Positions 14,699-23,777 of a stretch of DNA of 62,363 bases are shown here, piece by piece. This DNA is from a virus: IMG/VR virus record IMGVR_UViG_3300045988_026745; one strand, written 5' to 3'. The notes beneath the pieces are model-generated. The model had not been told where the DNA came from. It worked only from the letters and a program-made list of their open reading frames with translations, and did no database searches. Both the position numbers and the translations under genes were made by a program. How positions within the stretch are numbered: position 1 is the stretch's first letter; each line of letters opens with the position of its first letter.

Positions 14699-15007
14699 TT
14701 ATTTATTAATCAAGAACTCTTGCAAATCATCTCTGGCATGTTTGAGATTCTCGATACCATTACCAGTTATCTCATGGTTAATTATGACTAGCAAGCACTG
14801 AAGAATCATACGGTTAGATTCTTCGTACTCTTTTAGTCTTCGATTATCGTTATCGAGAAACTGATCGTGCTTTACTACCTTAGCTTTCAAATCGTCATTC
14901 GGTTTACGTACCTCTTTGACAATTTTCCACACACCCCAGAGAGCTGCTATCAATCCACAAATATAAATAATCTGTTCGGATTCGACAGTAAACCCTGTTA
15001 ATAACAT
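14699..15007 (-). CDS. Membrane protein downstream of the holin (102 aa)
   Basis: ORF track. N-terminal TM 'IIYICGLIAALWGVW'. Start and stop codons overlap with the holin gene. Confidence 0.65.
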   Translation of the reverse strand: MLLTGFTVESEQIIYICGLIAALWGVWKIVKEVRKPNDDLKAKVVKHDQFLDNDNRRLKEYEESNRMILQCLLVIINHEITGNGIENLKHARDDLQEFLINK

Positions 15008-15291
15008 TAGTAATCCTTACCTTTCTTAGAGATTGTCCCGTCAATAAAATTACTAAATGCCTGATGGAAACCAGTAGAAGCAAGACCCATAACAGCGCCG
15101 TATACAATAGACTCAACCGATGGTCCGCTCACCACAGCGTTGAGTACAGCACCAATCACTGCAAGAATGACTGGAATATCGTCATTAGGAATCTTCTTTA
15201 AAAAAGTCGCATGTTTGATGATATAGCCTACCACCAGACAAGCGACTAAAACTACAAGTACAAAATGCTCAGTTAAAATTGTAAAATCCAT
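15007..15291 (-). CDS. Holin (94 aa, multi-TM)
   Basis: Hydrophobic helices 'FVLVVLVACLVVGYII', 'IPVILAVIGAVLNAVV', 'VYGAVMGLASTGF' and a charged C-terminus. It sits at the end of the late operon. Confidence 0.7.
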   Translation of the reverse strand: MDFTILTEHFVLVVLVACLVVGYIIKHATFLKKIPNDDIPVILAVIGAVLNAVVSGPSVESIVYGAVMGLASTGFHQAFSNFIDGTISKKGKDY

Positions 15292-15303
15292 AATAAATCC
15301 TCC

Positions 15304-15573
15304 TTAAATGTCTTCTGCTCCCTCAAACTCAGGAAGAGTCTTAAGGTATTCGTAAGCTTCTTCAACAGTCATATTTTCTTCATACTCTTTTTCGTATGTA
15401 ACAGCTACCTTATAAGGTTCTGTTTCGCTGTTTTCCATATTTCGTCCTGCTGCATCAATATAAGACAATACTGCAATTGACACATGACTATTGATTGTCG
15501 ACATTACATATAAAATTCGATGATAATTTGTAACCACGCCATTATCCTGGCGGATTTCTTTCTTTAAAGCCAT
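15304..15573 (-). CDS. Hypothetical protein (89 aa) between tail fibre and holin
   Basis: ORF track. Confidence 0.65.
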   Translation of the reverse strand: MALKKEIRQDNGVVTNYHRILYVMSTINSHVSIAVLSYIDAAGRNMENSETEPYKVAVTYEKEYEENMTVEEAYEYLKTLPEFEGAEDI

Positions 15574-15585
15574 TTTGACCCCTCC

Positions 15586-17730
15586 TTATGAGAATGTGAC
15601 TTTTATACTAGCATAAATACCACAGGCACTATTATTCTCTACATTCGTTGTGTTTGCCATTACAGCAGTTATTTTAATATGGTTTCCGCCATTGGCTAAT
15701 GTATACCTGTACGAACTTGGTTTAGCGAATGTTGAAGCTGCTGATCCATATAAGTATTTATTATTTTGTCGAACACAAAGACCATCGACACTTGCTATTG
15801 TCACTGTTGGATGTCCGATAACCGGATTGTTAAGTGGTAATTGGAATGTTACATCTGTACCAGAGTTTGTGATATAACCTCCTACCTGAATAGTCGTATT
15901 GAAACTGTCGCCTTTTGTCATATATGGTCTCCATGTGGCATTGGGGTTTTTAAGTTGAAATGTTAATTTATCACCGCCTCGTAATACTGTTTCTCTGCCA
16001 CCATGACTATATTGACCGTATCCTATTGATAACTTATTATTACCGTCCATGGCTATCAATTCACGATTCGTCCCATCAGTATCTCTCTCAAATATACCAG
16101 AGCCGTTTGTGTTTATATAGATGTTTTTCTGAACATCAATATGGCCGCTAGCCGTTACCCCAAAAGCGTTTGATAATGAGCCATCACCCGGGCCATTTCC
16201 TACGATAAGTAAATATTTATTATTAGTATCTACAATGTTATTCATGCCAAATACTGCTTGATATTCACCATTGGCTTGAAGTCCATATCCGTGCGCAAAT
16301 GATGCAAAACCAGAGGCTCCACTCTTCATTCCTCCGACATGCGATAAATGTCCGGATGCTATATTAGCATTTCCTTCAGCGTGTGAAGCATATCCAGACG
16401 CTTCGCATAGCCAACCTTCAGCCATCGAATATAAACCATTTTCTGTTGGCTGTATTCCGACTCCATCGACTTCGTTAAAACTTCGCACACCTAGAGTGTA
16501 AAAAGGACCTGTTACTTTTGAGCCGGATGCATTTACTGCGTTACCAATACTAATTGATGCTACAACATCAGTATCATCGCCAACAACAGTATTTTTATCA
16601 TGAACTGTTAAACCTGTTGCTTTTACGACTGTATAACTATTTGAAGTATCGCCCAATACAACTTCTTCTCCGAAACTAGCAACGTCACCAACCCTTAATG
16701 TATTTTTATCTGCTGAACTAGGAGACGTTCCGAAGAATGTTACAGTCTTACCATCAGCACCGATATCCATTACTGGTCTGGCACTTGGTAATACAACCCT
16801 TTTGATAATAGCAGACGGTCTAACTGAATCCTTAATAGCAATAGTGAATTGATATGCTTTTGACAGATCATACGTACCGACCAATACTTGTGGCGAGGTC
16901 TTACCCTTTAAGTCAGTTTCATAGACTTCTCCGTCAACATTATATCTCGCCCAAAATATAGTTAGAGAGTTTGTCGCACCAGCTACAGTAGCTTGATATG
17001 AAGGTGTAAATGTTAATACCGGTTTTTCATCAGCATTCCTGTCTACAGTAGCAACCACATCAGGAGGTGAATAAGGATATACAGTTATCCAATCCATTTG
17101 TGAAACAGAGCGACCGCGACTGTCGGTAATTTCTATTGTAAAGAACCATCGTGTATATGTTGCCGTTGGATCATTGCAGGTAAACGTACCAACATCGAAT
17201 GTAACCGCTGTATTTGTCGTTCTAGATACTGCTGGTACGTTTTGTATATAATCGGTATTATTAATAGTAAGTTTCACTGTCTGACTAGCACCATATACTC
17301 CTGGAACGTTGATTGTAAATGTAAACGAACTAATACCAGCAATGGCTTTATTGTTAAAACCAGGTAGACCCGCATATTGAAACTTAACAGATGGTTTAAT
17401 AGACGCCTTTAACTTAAGTGTGATAGTCGCATAGTAAGCCATTCTACGTCCATTACTACTTTCAATAGCGATCTTAAGTGTTCCTTGGTCACTCTTCGTC
17501 ATTAATGGCGCAAAAATTTCCGTCGTAGGTGTCCAAGTAAATTGGGTAACTGTAAGTCCTGTGACTACTGTTTTTGATGTTGTTACTCCATCGCATATAA
17601 AATCATATTTAAAAGAATATGTGACATCATTCGTTGTCATATCTATCTTAGACATTTTAAATGTTCCGGCGGTATCTGTTGTCATTTCTTTTGGATAATC
17701 GTATAAAGCATAATAACCATCACTAGCCAT
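15586..17730 (-). CDS. Tail fibre / receptor-binding protein (714 aa)
   Basis: Track ORF to 17775. I prefer ATG 17730 after 'gaaaggaggggtcaaa'. Adhesin-head-like repeats: 'ASGYASHAEGNANIASGHLSHVGGMKSGASGFASFAHG'. Confidence 0.7.
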   Translation of the reverse strand: MASDGYYALYDYPKEMTTDTAGTFKMSKIDMTTNDVTYSFKYDFICDGVTTSKTVVTGLTVTQFTWTPTTEIFAPLMTKSDQGTLKIAIESSNGRRMAYYATITLKLKASIKPSVKFQYAGLPGFNNKAIAGISSFTFTINVPGVYGASQTVKLTINNTDYIQNVPAVSRTTNTAVTFDVGTFTCNDPTATYTRWFFTIEITDSRGRSVSQMDWITVYPYSPPDVVATVDRNADEKPVLTFTPSYQATVAGATNSLTIFWARYNVDGEVYETDLKGKTSPQVLVGTYDLSKAYQFTIAIKDSVRPSAIIKRVVLPSARPVMDIGADGKTVTFFGTSPSSADKNTLRVGDVASFGEEVVLGDTSNSYTVVKATGLTVHDKNTVVGDDTDVVASISIGNAVNASGSKVTGPFYTLGVRSFNEVDGVGIQPTENGLYSMAEGWLCEASGYASHAEGNANIASGHLSHVGGMKSGASGFASFAHGYGLQANGEYQAVFGMNNIVDTNNKYLLIVGNGPGDGSLSNAFGVTASGHIDVQKNIYINTNGSGIFERDTDGTNRELIAMDGNNKLSIGYGQYSHGGRETVLRGGDKLTFQLKNPNATWRPYMTKGDSFNTTIQVGGYITNSGTDVTFQLPLNNPVIGHPTVTIASVDGLCVRQNNKYLYGSAASTFAKPSSYRYTLANGGNHIKITAVMANTTNVENNSACGIYASIKVTFS

Positions 17731-17751
17731 TTTGACCCCTCCTTTCAAATT

Positions 17752-17789
17752 AAAAAAAAGACCCCTCACATACAAGGAGGAGCCTTTTG
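17752..17789 (-). terminator. Hairpin + T8 after 17800..18252
   Basis: Minus strand: GGCTCCTC-CTTGTATGT-GAGGGGTC hairpin followed by TTTTTTTT. Confidence 0.5.
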
Positions 17790-17799
17790 TATTAATTGA

Positions 17800-18252
17800 T
17801 TATTTATTGATGTCGCCAGGTATAAACAGTGCTTTACTCCATCGTCCTTCATATTTACCAAACACTGGTTTAACTCTGACATACCAATCAATATGAGCGA
17901 CTCGATCGTAAAAGCCTACACCGCCACCGAGCCAATAGCCATAGTTTGTACCTGTTACATATTCGGTACTGCAACCCTTAAATTTCTTATTTCCGCTTAA
18001 CTGAACTTTATACTTAGTTGCGCCCTTAACACCATTCCATTTATAATTAAACTTTCGTGATCCAACTCCAATATAATTATGTGTCAATTTAAGCTTAATC
18101 GACTTATGAAAACGAGAATTAAGGAAATTCTTATATTCCTGTCGCCATTCAGTCATATGTCTTGTTGTTTCTTTGGCGTTAGCATTCGCTGGAATGATTG
18201 ACAATGCTAAGAGAAATGTTAATAATAACGTGATAATACTTTTCTTTTTCAT
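17800..18252 (-). CDS. Secreted protein with signal peptide (150 aa) inside the fibre module
   Basis: 'MKKKSIITLLLTFLLALSIIPANANA' is a Sec-type signal peptide. A beta-rich domain follows ('KYKVQLSGNKKFKG'). Confidence 0.7.
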   Translation of the reverse strand: MKKKSIITLLLTFLLALSIIPANANAKETTRHMTEWRQEYKNFLNSRFHKSIKLKLTHNYIGVGSRKFNYKWNGVKGATKYKVQLSGNKKFKGCSTEYVTGTNYGYWLGGGVGFYDRVAHIDWYVRVKPVFGKYEGRWSKALFIPGDINK

Positions 18253-18267
18253 AATATGTACCTCTTT

Positions 18268-19605
18268 TTAAACAATTGTTAAACTGAAATTACCATTAGG
18301 TCTAGGGGTAAACTGTAAACTACCTACTTTAAGTGTGGTGTGAATTTCTCCTTCGTTAATATTAAACTTCTGACCTGTGATCCATGCTGTTGCATCCGGA
18401 TCTGGGGTAACTTCTTCGTCGCTAGTTCCTTTAAACTGAATTGCATCATTACCTATTTTAAGCTTTAAATCGCTGCCGGATTCACCTAAGATAATATCTC
18501 CATTTTGAAGTGTGATATAATCAGTATGATTTGCTACATCAGCTTCATCAGTTCTAATTAACTTATTAAAGTTAAACTGCCAACCGTTGACGTTTTGAAT
18601 CATTGTAGTGGATGAATCTATGTAAGCATTTAAGTTACTCGAAATTGTGGCTACCTCGGATTGAGAAGCTTTTAATGAGATCTCTGTTTTGTTGCTCTCA
18701 ATTTCTGTATAAGCGTCGTCAATACGTGTCTTAATATCCTCTGGAGCAGGCGTCCAATCAGTTGGTCGTGTTCCGAATTCCAGTTTCGGCGAACTCAAAT
18801 AAGCTAATGACGTTTTACCGGGTTCAGCGTAAACATCAATTGATGCTTCAACTCGTGTACTATCACCAGAGATAGTATAGACCGCATATAAACGATTCCA
18901 TCCAACGGATAAACTAGCAGCCGAAGGAAGATTCTTCGGATAGTTATTATTAGGATTACCCCATTTAACTGTTCCATTATCAGTATACACAACTCTAAAT
19001 TCATAACCAGATACACTACCAGCTTCCGGAATATATAACCATGCTGACAACACAAGATCCTTATTTAAACAATCAGCGATTGGTACTGACAATCGTTTAT
19101 TAGCATATGTTTCAGTAATACCATGATATTTAGTTCCGCTTGTATCTGTGTTATTCGCATATAACTTCAATGTATGATTATTATTAATTTGATAAGCATC
19201 ATCAATATACGATTGATAGCCGTTATTGAAGCTAGAGTCGATGAGTAAATTCCGACCACCAATATTCAAAGCATCCATAGCAGACTGAACATTATTTGCA
19301 GTCTTTGCTGCGGCGACAGCTTTATTATAAGCTTCTTTAGCTGCTTCGTAACTCGATGATTTGGAGACTTCAGAATATTTCAGCTCGCCATCGCTCATAA
19401 CAGTTTGATCAACAAAATATAACGTCATAGTAGAACCAGAAGTGTATGACGGTTCGGTCTTACTCCATTTTGAACTAATAGCAGCCCCATCCGCAGGTTT
19501 GGACGGAGCCGCTAAAGTTGAAGATTGAAGTAAATAATACCGGGTTACCTTGTCAATATCTATGACTTTATACAATGTTACTTCGACCCTACATTTTACA
19601 GCCAT
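18268..19605 (-). CDS. Tail fibre/baseplate-associated protein (445 aa)
   Basis: Track ORF to 19614. ATG 19605 has better SD spacing ('agagggggtgcaatct'). Located in the tail-fibre block. Confidence 0.65.
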   Translation of the reverse strand: MAVKCRVEVTLYKVIDIDKVTRYYLLQSSTLAAPSKPADGAAISSKWSKTEPSYTSGSTMTLYFVDQTVMSDGELKYSEVSKSSSYEAAKEAYNKAVAAAKTANNVQSAMDALNIGGRNLLIDSSFNNGYQSYIDDAYQINNNHTLKLYANNTDTSGTKYHGITETYANKRLSVPIADCLNKDLVLSAWLYIPEAGSVSGYEFRVVYTDNGTVKWGNPNNNYPKNLPSAASLSVGWNRLYAVYTISGDSTRVEASIDVYAEPGKTSLAYLSSPKLEFGTRPTDWTPAPEDIKTRIDDAYTEIESNKTEISLKASQSEVATISSNLNAYIDSSTTMIQNVNGWQFNFNKLIRTDEADVANHTDYITLQNGDIILGESGSDLKLKIGNDAIQFKGTSDEEVTPDPDATAWITGQKFNINEGEIHTTLKVGSLQFTPRPNGNFSLTIV

Positions 19606-19622
19606 AGATTGCACCCCCTCTA

Positions 19623-20909
19623 TTATCCTTCAAGCTGGAAGTAATATGATCCTGTGTTTTCGATATCGTCTGCTGAAACAGTCAGAGTCTTAGACGTAGC
19701 GATAGCTGTGGCTGATCCTGTCTTATACCATTTAATAGAACCGAGATTATTTCCTACAACACCTGCGTCAGAGATTGTCTGCTCGACAGACCCTTTCCAA
19801 ATATGAGCAGTCATTACAGTAGATCCTGTGTTGTTTTTGAAAATATATCCGTTCGAAAATGTAATAGCACCACTGATGGCATCAGCTCCGGCAGCACCTG
19901 TTGCTCCCTGTTTAGCTACACTATACTGAGGATCTGAATTTGTTCCATTTGTATATGTGAATACTGTCTTTGTCCAGAGATACTGACCTGCTGATACAGA
20001 TGGTGGAGTAGACTGCCATCCACTACCCGGTGCTGAAGTATTCGATGATGATGCTGCATAAGTGATAGTCGCTTTAGAAATACCATTACCCGTGGCACCA
20101 GTATCACCTTTGCCGCCCTGAACACCTTTGATGCTTCCAGCATAAATCCATTTAGCTGTTGACGCATCACCTGCAACTGTACATTTGTATGTATAGCCAG
20201 TTGATGTATTGAGGTACATATCATTTACACGAGCATTTGCTACTCCTGAACCGGAGAATGCTGTAGCCGTAGTAGATGTACCTGTGATACCAGTACCTGA
20301 ATACCACTGAGATCCTTGAGTACCTGTGGCACCGGTTGAGCCCTGCTTAGCTACACTATAACTTACAGATGTGGTATTGTCGGTATATGTTGTTGTAACT
20401 CTTGTCCAAAGGAATTGTCCTGCTGATACTGATGGAATAGTAGTAGACCATCCACTTGTTGGAATCGATGTATTGGATGAAGATCCAACATATTCAGTAG
20501 TAGGAGTTCCTTTAATACCTTTACCAGTCGAACCTGTCGGTCCCTGTTTAGATACAGAGAATGTAAACTTCTTGTTCATTGTTACTTCGCCATCTAATAC
20601 GATAGGGATAGTAGCCTCACAAGTTGTTGAGATTGTCTGTGTTGTCTTAAAAGTAATCTTAACCTGAGAGGTTCCGTTATTCTCAACTGTGGCTGTAATA
20701 CCAGTAGGGCATACAATGTCTGCCTGAGCTACAGTTACATTCTGGATTCTGTTAGATCCCTGCCAACCGTAAGCCTCAGTAACACATGTATTATTAGCTC
20801 CAATACCACTCTGACTACCAGTCCAGTTGTATGTATCGCTCGTTAACTGGGCAGAATACCCATCGGTAATATCGATAATCGTTGCTTGTGCAGTAGCTTT
20901 AATTGCCAT
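19623..20909 (-). CDS. Tail fibre protein with internal duplication (428 aa)
   Basis: Two copies of '..SSSNTS.P.SGW.....PSVSAGQ(F/Y)LWT......T......YSVAKQG(S/A)TGA.G'. Confidence 0.65.
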   Translation of the reverse strand: MAIKATAQATIIDITDGYSAQLTSDTYNWTGSQSGIGANNTCVTEAYGWQGSNRIQNVTVAQADIVCPTGITATVENNGTSQVKITFKTTQTISTTCEATIPIVLDGEVTMNKKFTFSVSKQGPTGSTGKGIKGTPTTEYVGSSSNTSIPTSGWSTTIPSVSAGQFLWTRVTTTYTDNTTSVSYSVAKQGSTGATGTQGSQWYSGTGITGTSTTATAFSGSGVANARVNDMYLNTSTGYTYKCTVAGDASTAKWIYAGSIKGVQGGKGDTGATGNGISKATITYAASSSNTSAPGSGWQSTPPSVSAGQYLWTKTVFTYTNGTNSDPQYSVAKQGATGAAGADAISGAITFSNGYIFKNNTGSTVMTAHIWKGSVEQTISDAGVVGNNLGSIKWYKTGSATAIATSKTLTVSADDIENTGSYYFQLEG

Positions 20910-20950
20910 GTTATTTTCCTCCTTGAAATAAAAACATTGTTTTTTATTAG

Positions 20951-22711
20951 TTAATCGGTTATCAATTCACATTCGAATGATATTTGAGTGTCCACATCTT
21001 CTGGCGATAAGACAAACTTAAAACCATTATCTCTAAACCTTGAATCAGAGGATGATATAATTCCATATTCTTCGTCGGTTAGACGTAGCCAATACCACTG
21101 AAGATATGCATTCTCACCAAAAACTTCTTTCATGGTTGCAGCATCGGTTATACGCTGTTTGCCGTGATATATCGTGATATACAAGATTGTAGATACCGCA
21201 TTGTTTTTAAACGCTATTCCTTTGGATGAAGTCATTGTCATCAATGTTGTTATCTCATCCTTTAACTCGTTTACCTCTTCTTTAGTAGCAACACTCTTAG
21301 AAGAGATCTTAAGGCTGGATGCTGAGATATTTAATTCTCCAGTTACAGTATTGAAATCAAACGATGAATTTTTACCAGTAAGCTTAAAACTACCATCAGC
21401 ATAAGCCTGAAGTGGAGCCTCATTCTTACCTGTAAGAGATCCATCACCCATACCGATTCCAACCGTGGAAATATAAATACCACTATTAGGATCTTTGATA
21501 GACGTCTTACCACTGTAAATAGCATTACCGCTCATATCAAAGCCAGCGATCTTAGCCTGAAAAGCTGACAAGTCTACAACGTCAATCGAAGCTGCCTGAA
21601 TCTTCTGACTATTTACGTCGGCCTCAGATACACCGTTTGCCAAGTTGATAGCCTTGACGATTGAGTCTTGTCCGTCTGGACCAGTAATTATAAGTCTATC
21701 AGTCTTAATCGTGCCGGCAGTGATTGTGTCAGCGTTGATGGACTTAATCTTTGCTGCTTCAATTGTGGCATCGGCAATCTTAGCGTTCGTAATAGCACCA
21801 TCATGAATAGCTGCTTCACCAATAGAACCATCTTTAATAATTCCATTTTGAATCCAAGCGTTATTAACGTTGGCAAGGTCAATATCAGCCTTCTTAGCAA
21901 TGAGTTCATCTGTTGTAATCTTACCGGCTTCAAGGGTACTAATCCTAGCTGTAGCAGCGTTAAGATCGTCAATGTTAGCTTTATTAGCATTAAGTGTATT
22001 AATGTCGGCTTCGTTTACGTCAAGTCGTCCTTTGATAATAGCGTCTTCGGCTTGAAGGCTTTCAATCTCAGCATCTTTAGCCTCGAACTTCTCAGTGGTA
22101 AGATTAACAAATTTACCATAAGTAGCAGACAAGTTATTAATCTGAGCATTTGTAGCGTCAAGATTTGTAATTGTTGCATATGTGATTTGAGCCGTAGAAG
22201 CGTCAAGTTTATCAGTCTTTAACTGCTTAATCTCGGCTTCGTTGGCCGTGAGCTTACCGGTAATTGTCACATTAGTTGATTTAAGATTAGCAATCTCACC
22301 CTCACTGGCGGTGAGCTTATCTCTGATCGTCACATTCTCAGCAACTAAGTTATCAATCCTACCAGTCTGAGCCTGAAGATCTTTAATATCTGCTTTATCA
22401 GCGACAATGGTCTCAAACTCTGTAACCTTATTAGCAACTTCCTTAACACTATCAGTCCTAGCCGCAGGAGAAGATACATTACCGATTACAGTGGCCGAAT
22501 GTTTGACAATATTAACAAGAACTCTTTCGCCGTCCTTAGAATCAACAGCAGAAACAATGGGGGTTAACAAATCAGAACCATCCAGTTTAACATACTTAGA
22601 GCCACCGTATTCTACTATTGTTCCATAGATAGGGGCCGTGCTGGTGTTTCGGCTACTATCCTGCTGCATAACGCTAACAAACTTAGCCACCAAATCACTA
22701 GATAGATTCAT
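20951..22711 (-). CDS. Tail fibre/baseplate protein with a long periodic coiled region (586 aa)
   Basis: Periodic 'L.A.(D/N)A.I..L' repeats over about 250 aa. Located in the tail module. Confidence 0.65.
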   Translation of the reverse strand: MNLSSDLVAKFVSVMQQDSSRNTSTAPIYGTIVEYGGSKYVKLDGSDLLTPIVSAVDSKDGERVLVNIVKHSATVIGNVSSPAARTDSVKEVANKVTEFETIVADKADIKDLQAQTGRIDNLVAENVTIRDKLTASEGEIANLKSTNVTITGKLTANEAEIKQLKTDKLDASTAQITYATITNLDATNAQINNLSATYGKFVNLTTEKFEAKDAEIESLQAEDAIIKGRLDVNEADINTLNANKANIDDLNAATARISTLEAGKITTDELIAKKADIDLANVNNAWIQNGIIKDGSIGEAAIHDGAITNAKIADATIEAAKIKSINADTITAGTIKTDRLIITGPDGQDSIVKAINLANGVSEADVNSQKIQAASIDVVDLSAFQAKIAGFDMSGNAIYSGKTSIKDPNSGIYISTVGIGMGDGSLTGKNEAPLQAYADGSFKLTGKNSSFDFNTVTGELNISASSLKISSKSVATKEEVNELKDEITTLMTMTSSKGIAFKNNAVSTILYITIYHGKQRITDAATMKEVFGENAYLQWYWLRLTDEEYGIISSSDSRFRDNGFKFVLSPEDVDTQISFECELITD

Positions 22712-22717
22712 AATTCA

Positions 22718-23776
22718 TCACCCCCATAATTTTGCTGTGAATTTTGCTGTTTCAGTTACTTTACATCCAGACGAACAATCAATTGACTGTTTTATAACTT
22801 TAGCTTTAATCCCATTCATACCCGCTCTTGAATATTTCAATCGGACACAATCCCCAAGTCGAACAGGGCAATAACCATGTGAATATGAGATTGTATACTC
22901 AACTGAAGATAATTTCTTGAGAAGTGTTTTAGCGTATACCTCAAGCTGAGCTTTTGTCGGTTCACCAGCTAAATCTGGATCGGTATCTCGATGAATAATC
23001 TCTCGTCCTCTATTCACAGTGGACGTTGGACTATTCTCATCATCATTCGCCACTCGAATATAATAATTAGCACCATTACCCGAATACACCACTTCCACTA
23101 CATTAGGCACACCATACAAATCATGATCCATAGATATGTCTGGATACAATATTGAACTGTTTCCATCATCATATGTCCATACTGGCTGGAGCGATTCAAT
23201 GTCCTGATCTGGGACAAATATAAGTCTACTTAACTCGTCCAGATCAAAACTGTATTTAGCATTTGCTATCAGGTCTGATACGAAAGTCAACCAAGTATCA
23301 TCTGTATTTGCTACGAAGTCGTCATATAGTGTTTCAGAATTTGTTGTCTTAACAACTGGCGCTCTCATATGCTCTCGACAGATTATGTATGCGTTCTCCA
23401 TAACATTCGCTTTCTTGAGAATAGAGTATCCAAGTGGTGGTGGATTCTCTTTAAGTTCTAATAATGGTGTATAAGCATCCATCGTGATTTTCTTAACCTT
23501 ACCATCAAATGATGTAGACGGGGTTTGGACAAGAAATGTTCCTAACGGATGCTTCTCTCTTTTTCCATTTTGAATTGTTATAAGGTAAATACGAACGTAG
23601 CATTCTCCGAGAGACTCGGTAGCCTCAATAGAAGCTGAACCGAGCGTCTCAGAGTCGCTGTCACGTTCTACACTACTCTTTGTAATTGTCGTTATCCTTT
23701 GGTCATCCCTCCATGTACCAGGATCAACAGTATAGTATTCGAAGGTTTGTTGCATTGACGCACCCCAATCAGGCAT
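22718..23776 (-). CDS. Tail-associated/baseplate hub protein (352 aa)
   Basis: Track ORF to 23809. I prefer ATG 23776 after 'gaaggaggtgtttgat'. It lies immediately downstream of the Dit-like gene. Confidence 0.55.
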   Translation of the reverse strand: MPDWGASMQQTFEYYTVDPGTWRDDQRITTITKSSVERDSDSETLGSASIEATESLGECYVRIYLITIQNGKREKHPLGTFLVQTPSTSFDGKVKKITMDAYTPLLELKENPPPLGYSILKKANVMENAYIICREHMRAPVVKTTNSETLYDDFVANTDDTWLTFVSDLIANAKYSFDLDELSRLIFVPDQDIESLQPVWTYDDGNSSILYPDISMDHDLYGVPNVVEVVYSGNGANYYIRVANDDENSPTSTVNRGREIIHRDTDPDLAGEPTKAQLEVYAKTLLKKLSSVEYTISYSHGYCPVRLGDCVRLKYSRAGMNGIKAKVIKQSIDCSSGCKVTETAKFTAKLWG

Positions 23777-23777
23777 A

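Noticed and set aside
19623-20909. The internal duplication in the fibre gene as a possible diversity-generating retroelement target (VR/TR pair).
   Set aside because: There is no reverse transcriptase gene anywhere in the genome. The two copies differ at all base types rather than mainly at adenines, and both lie in-frame within one ORF.
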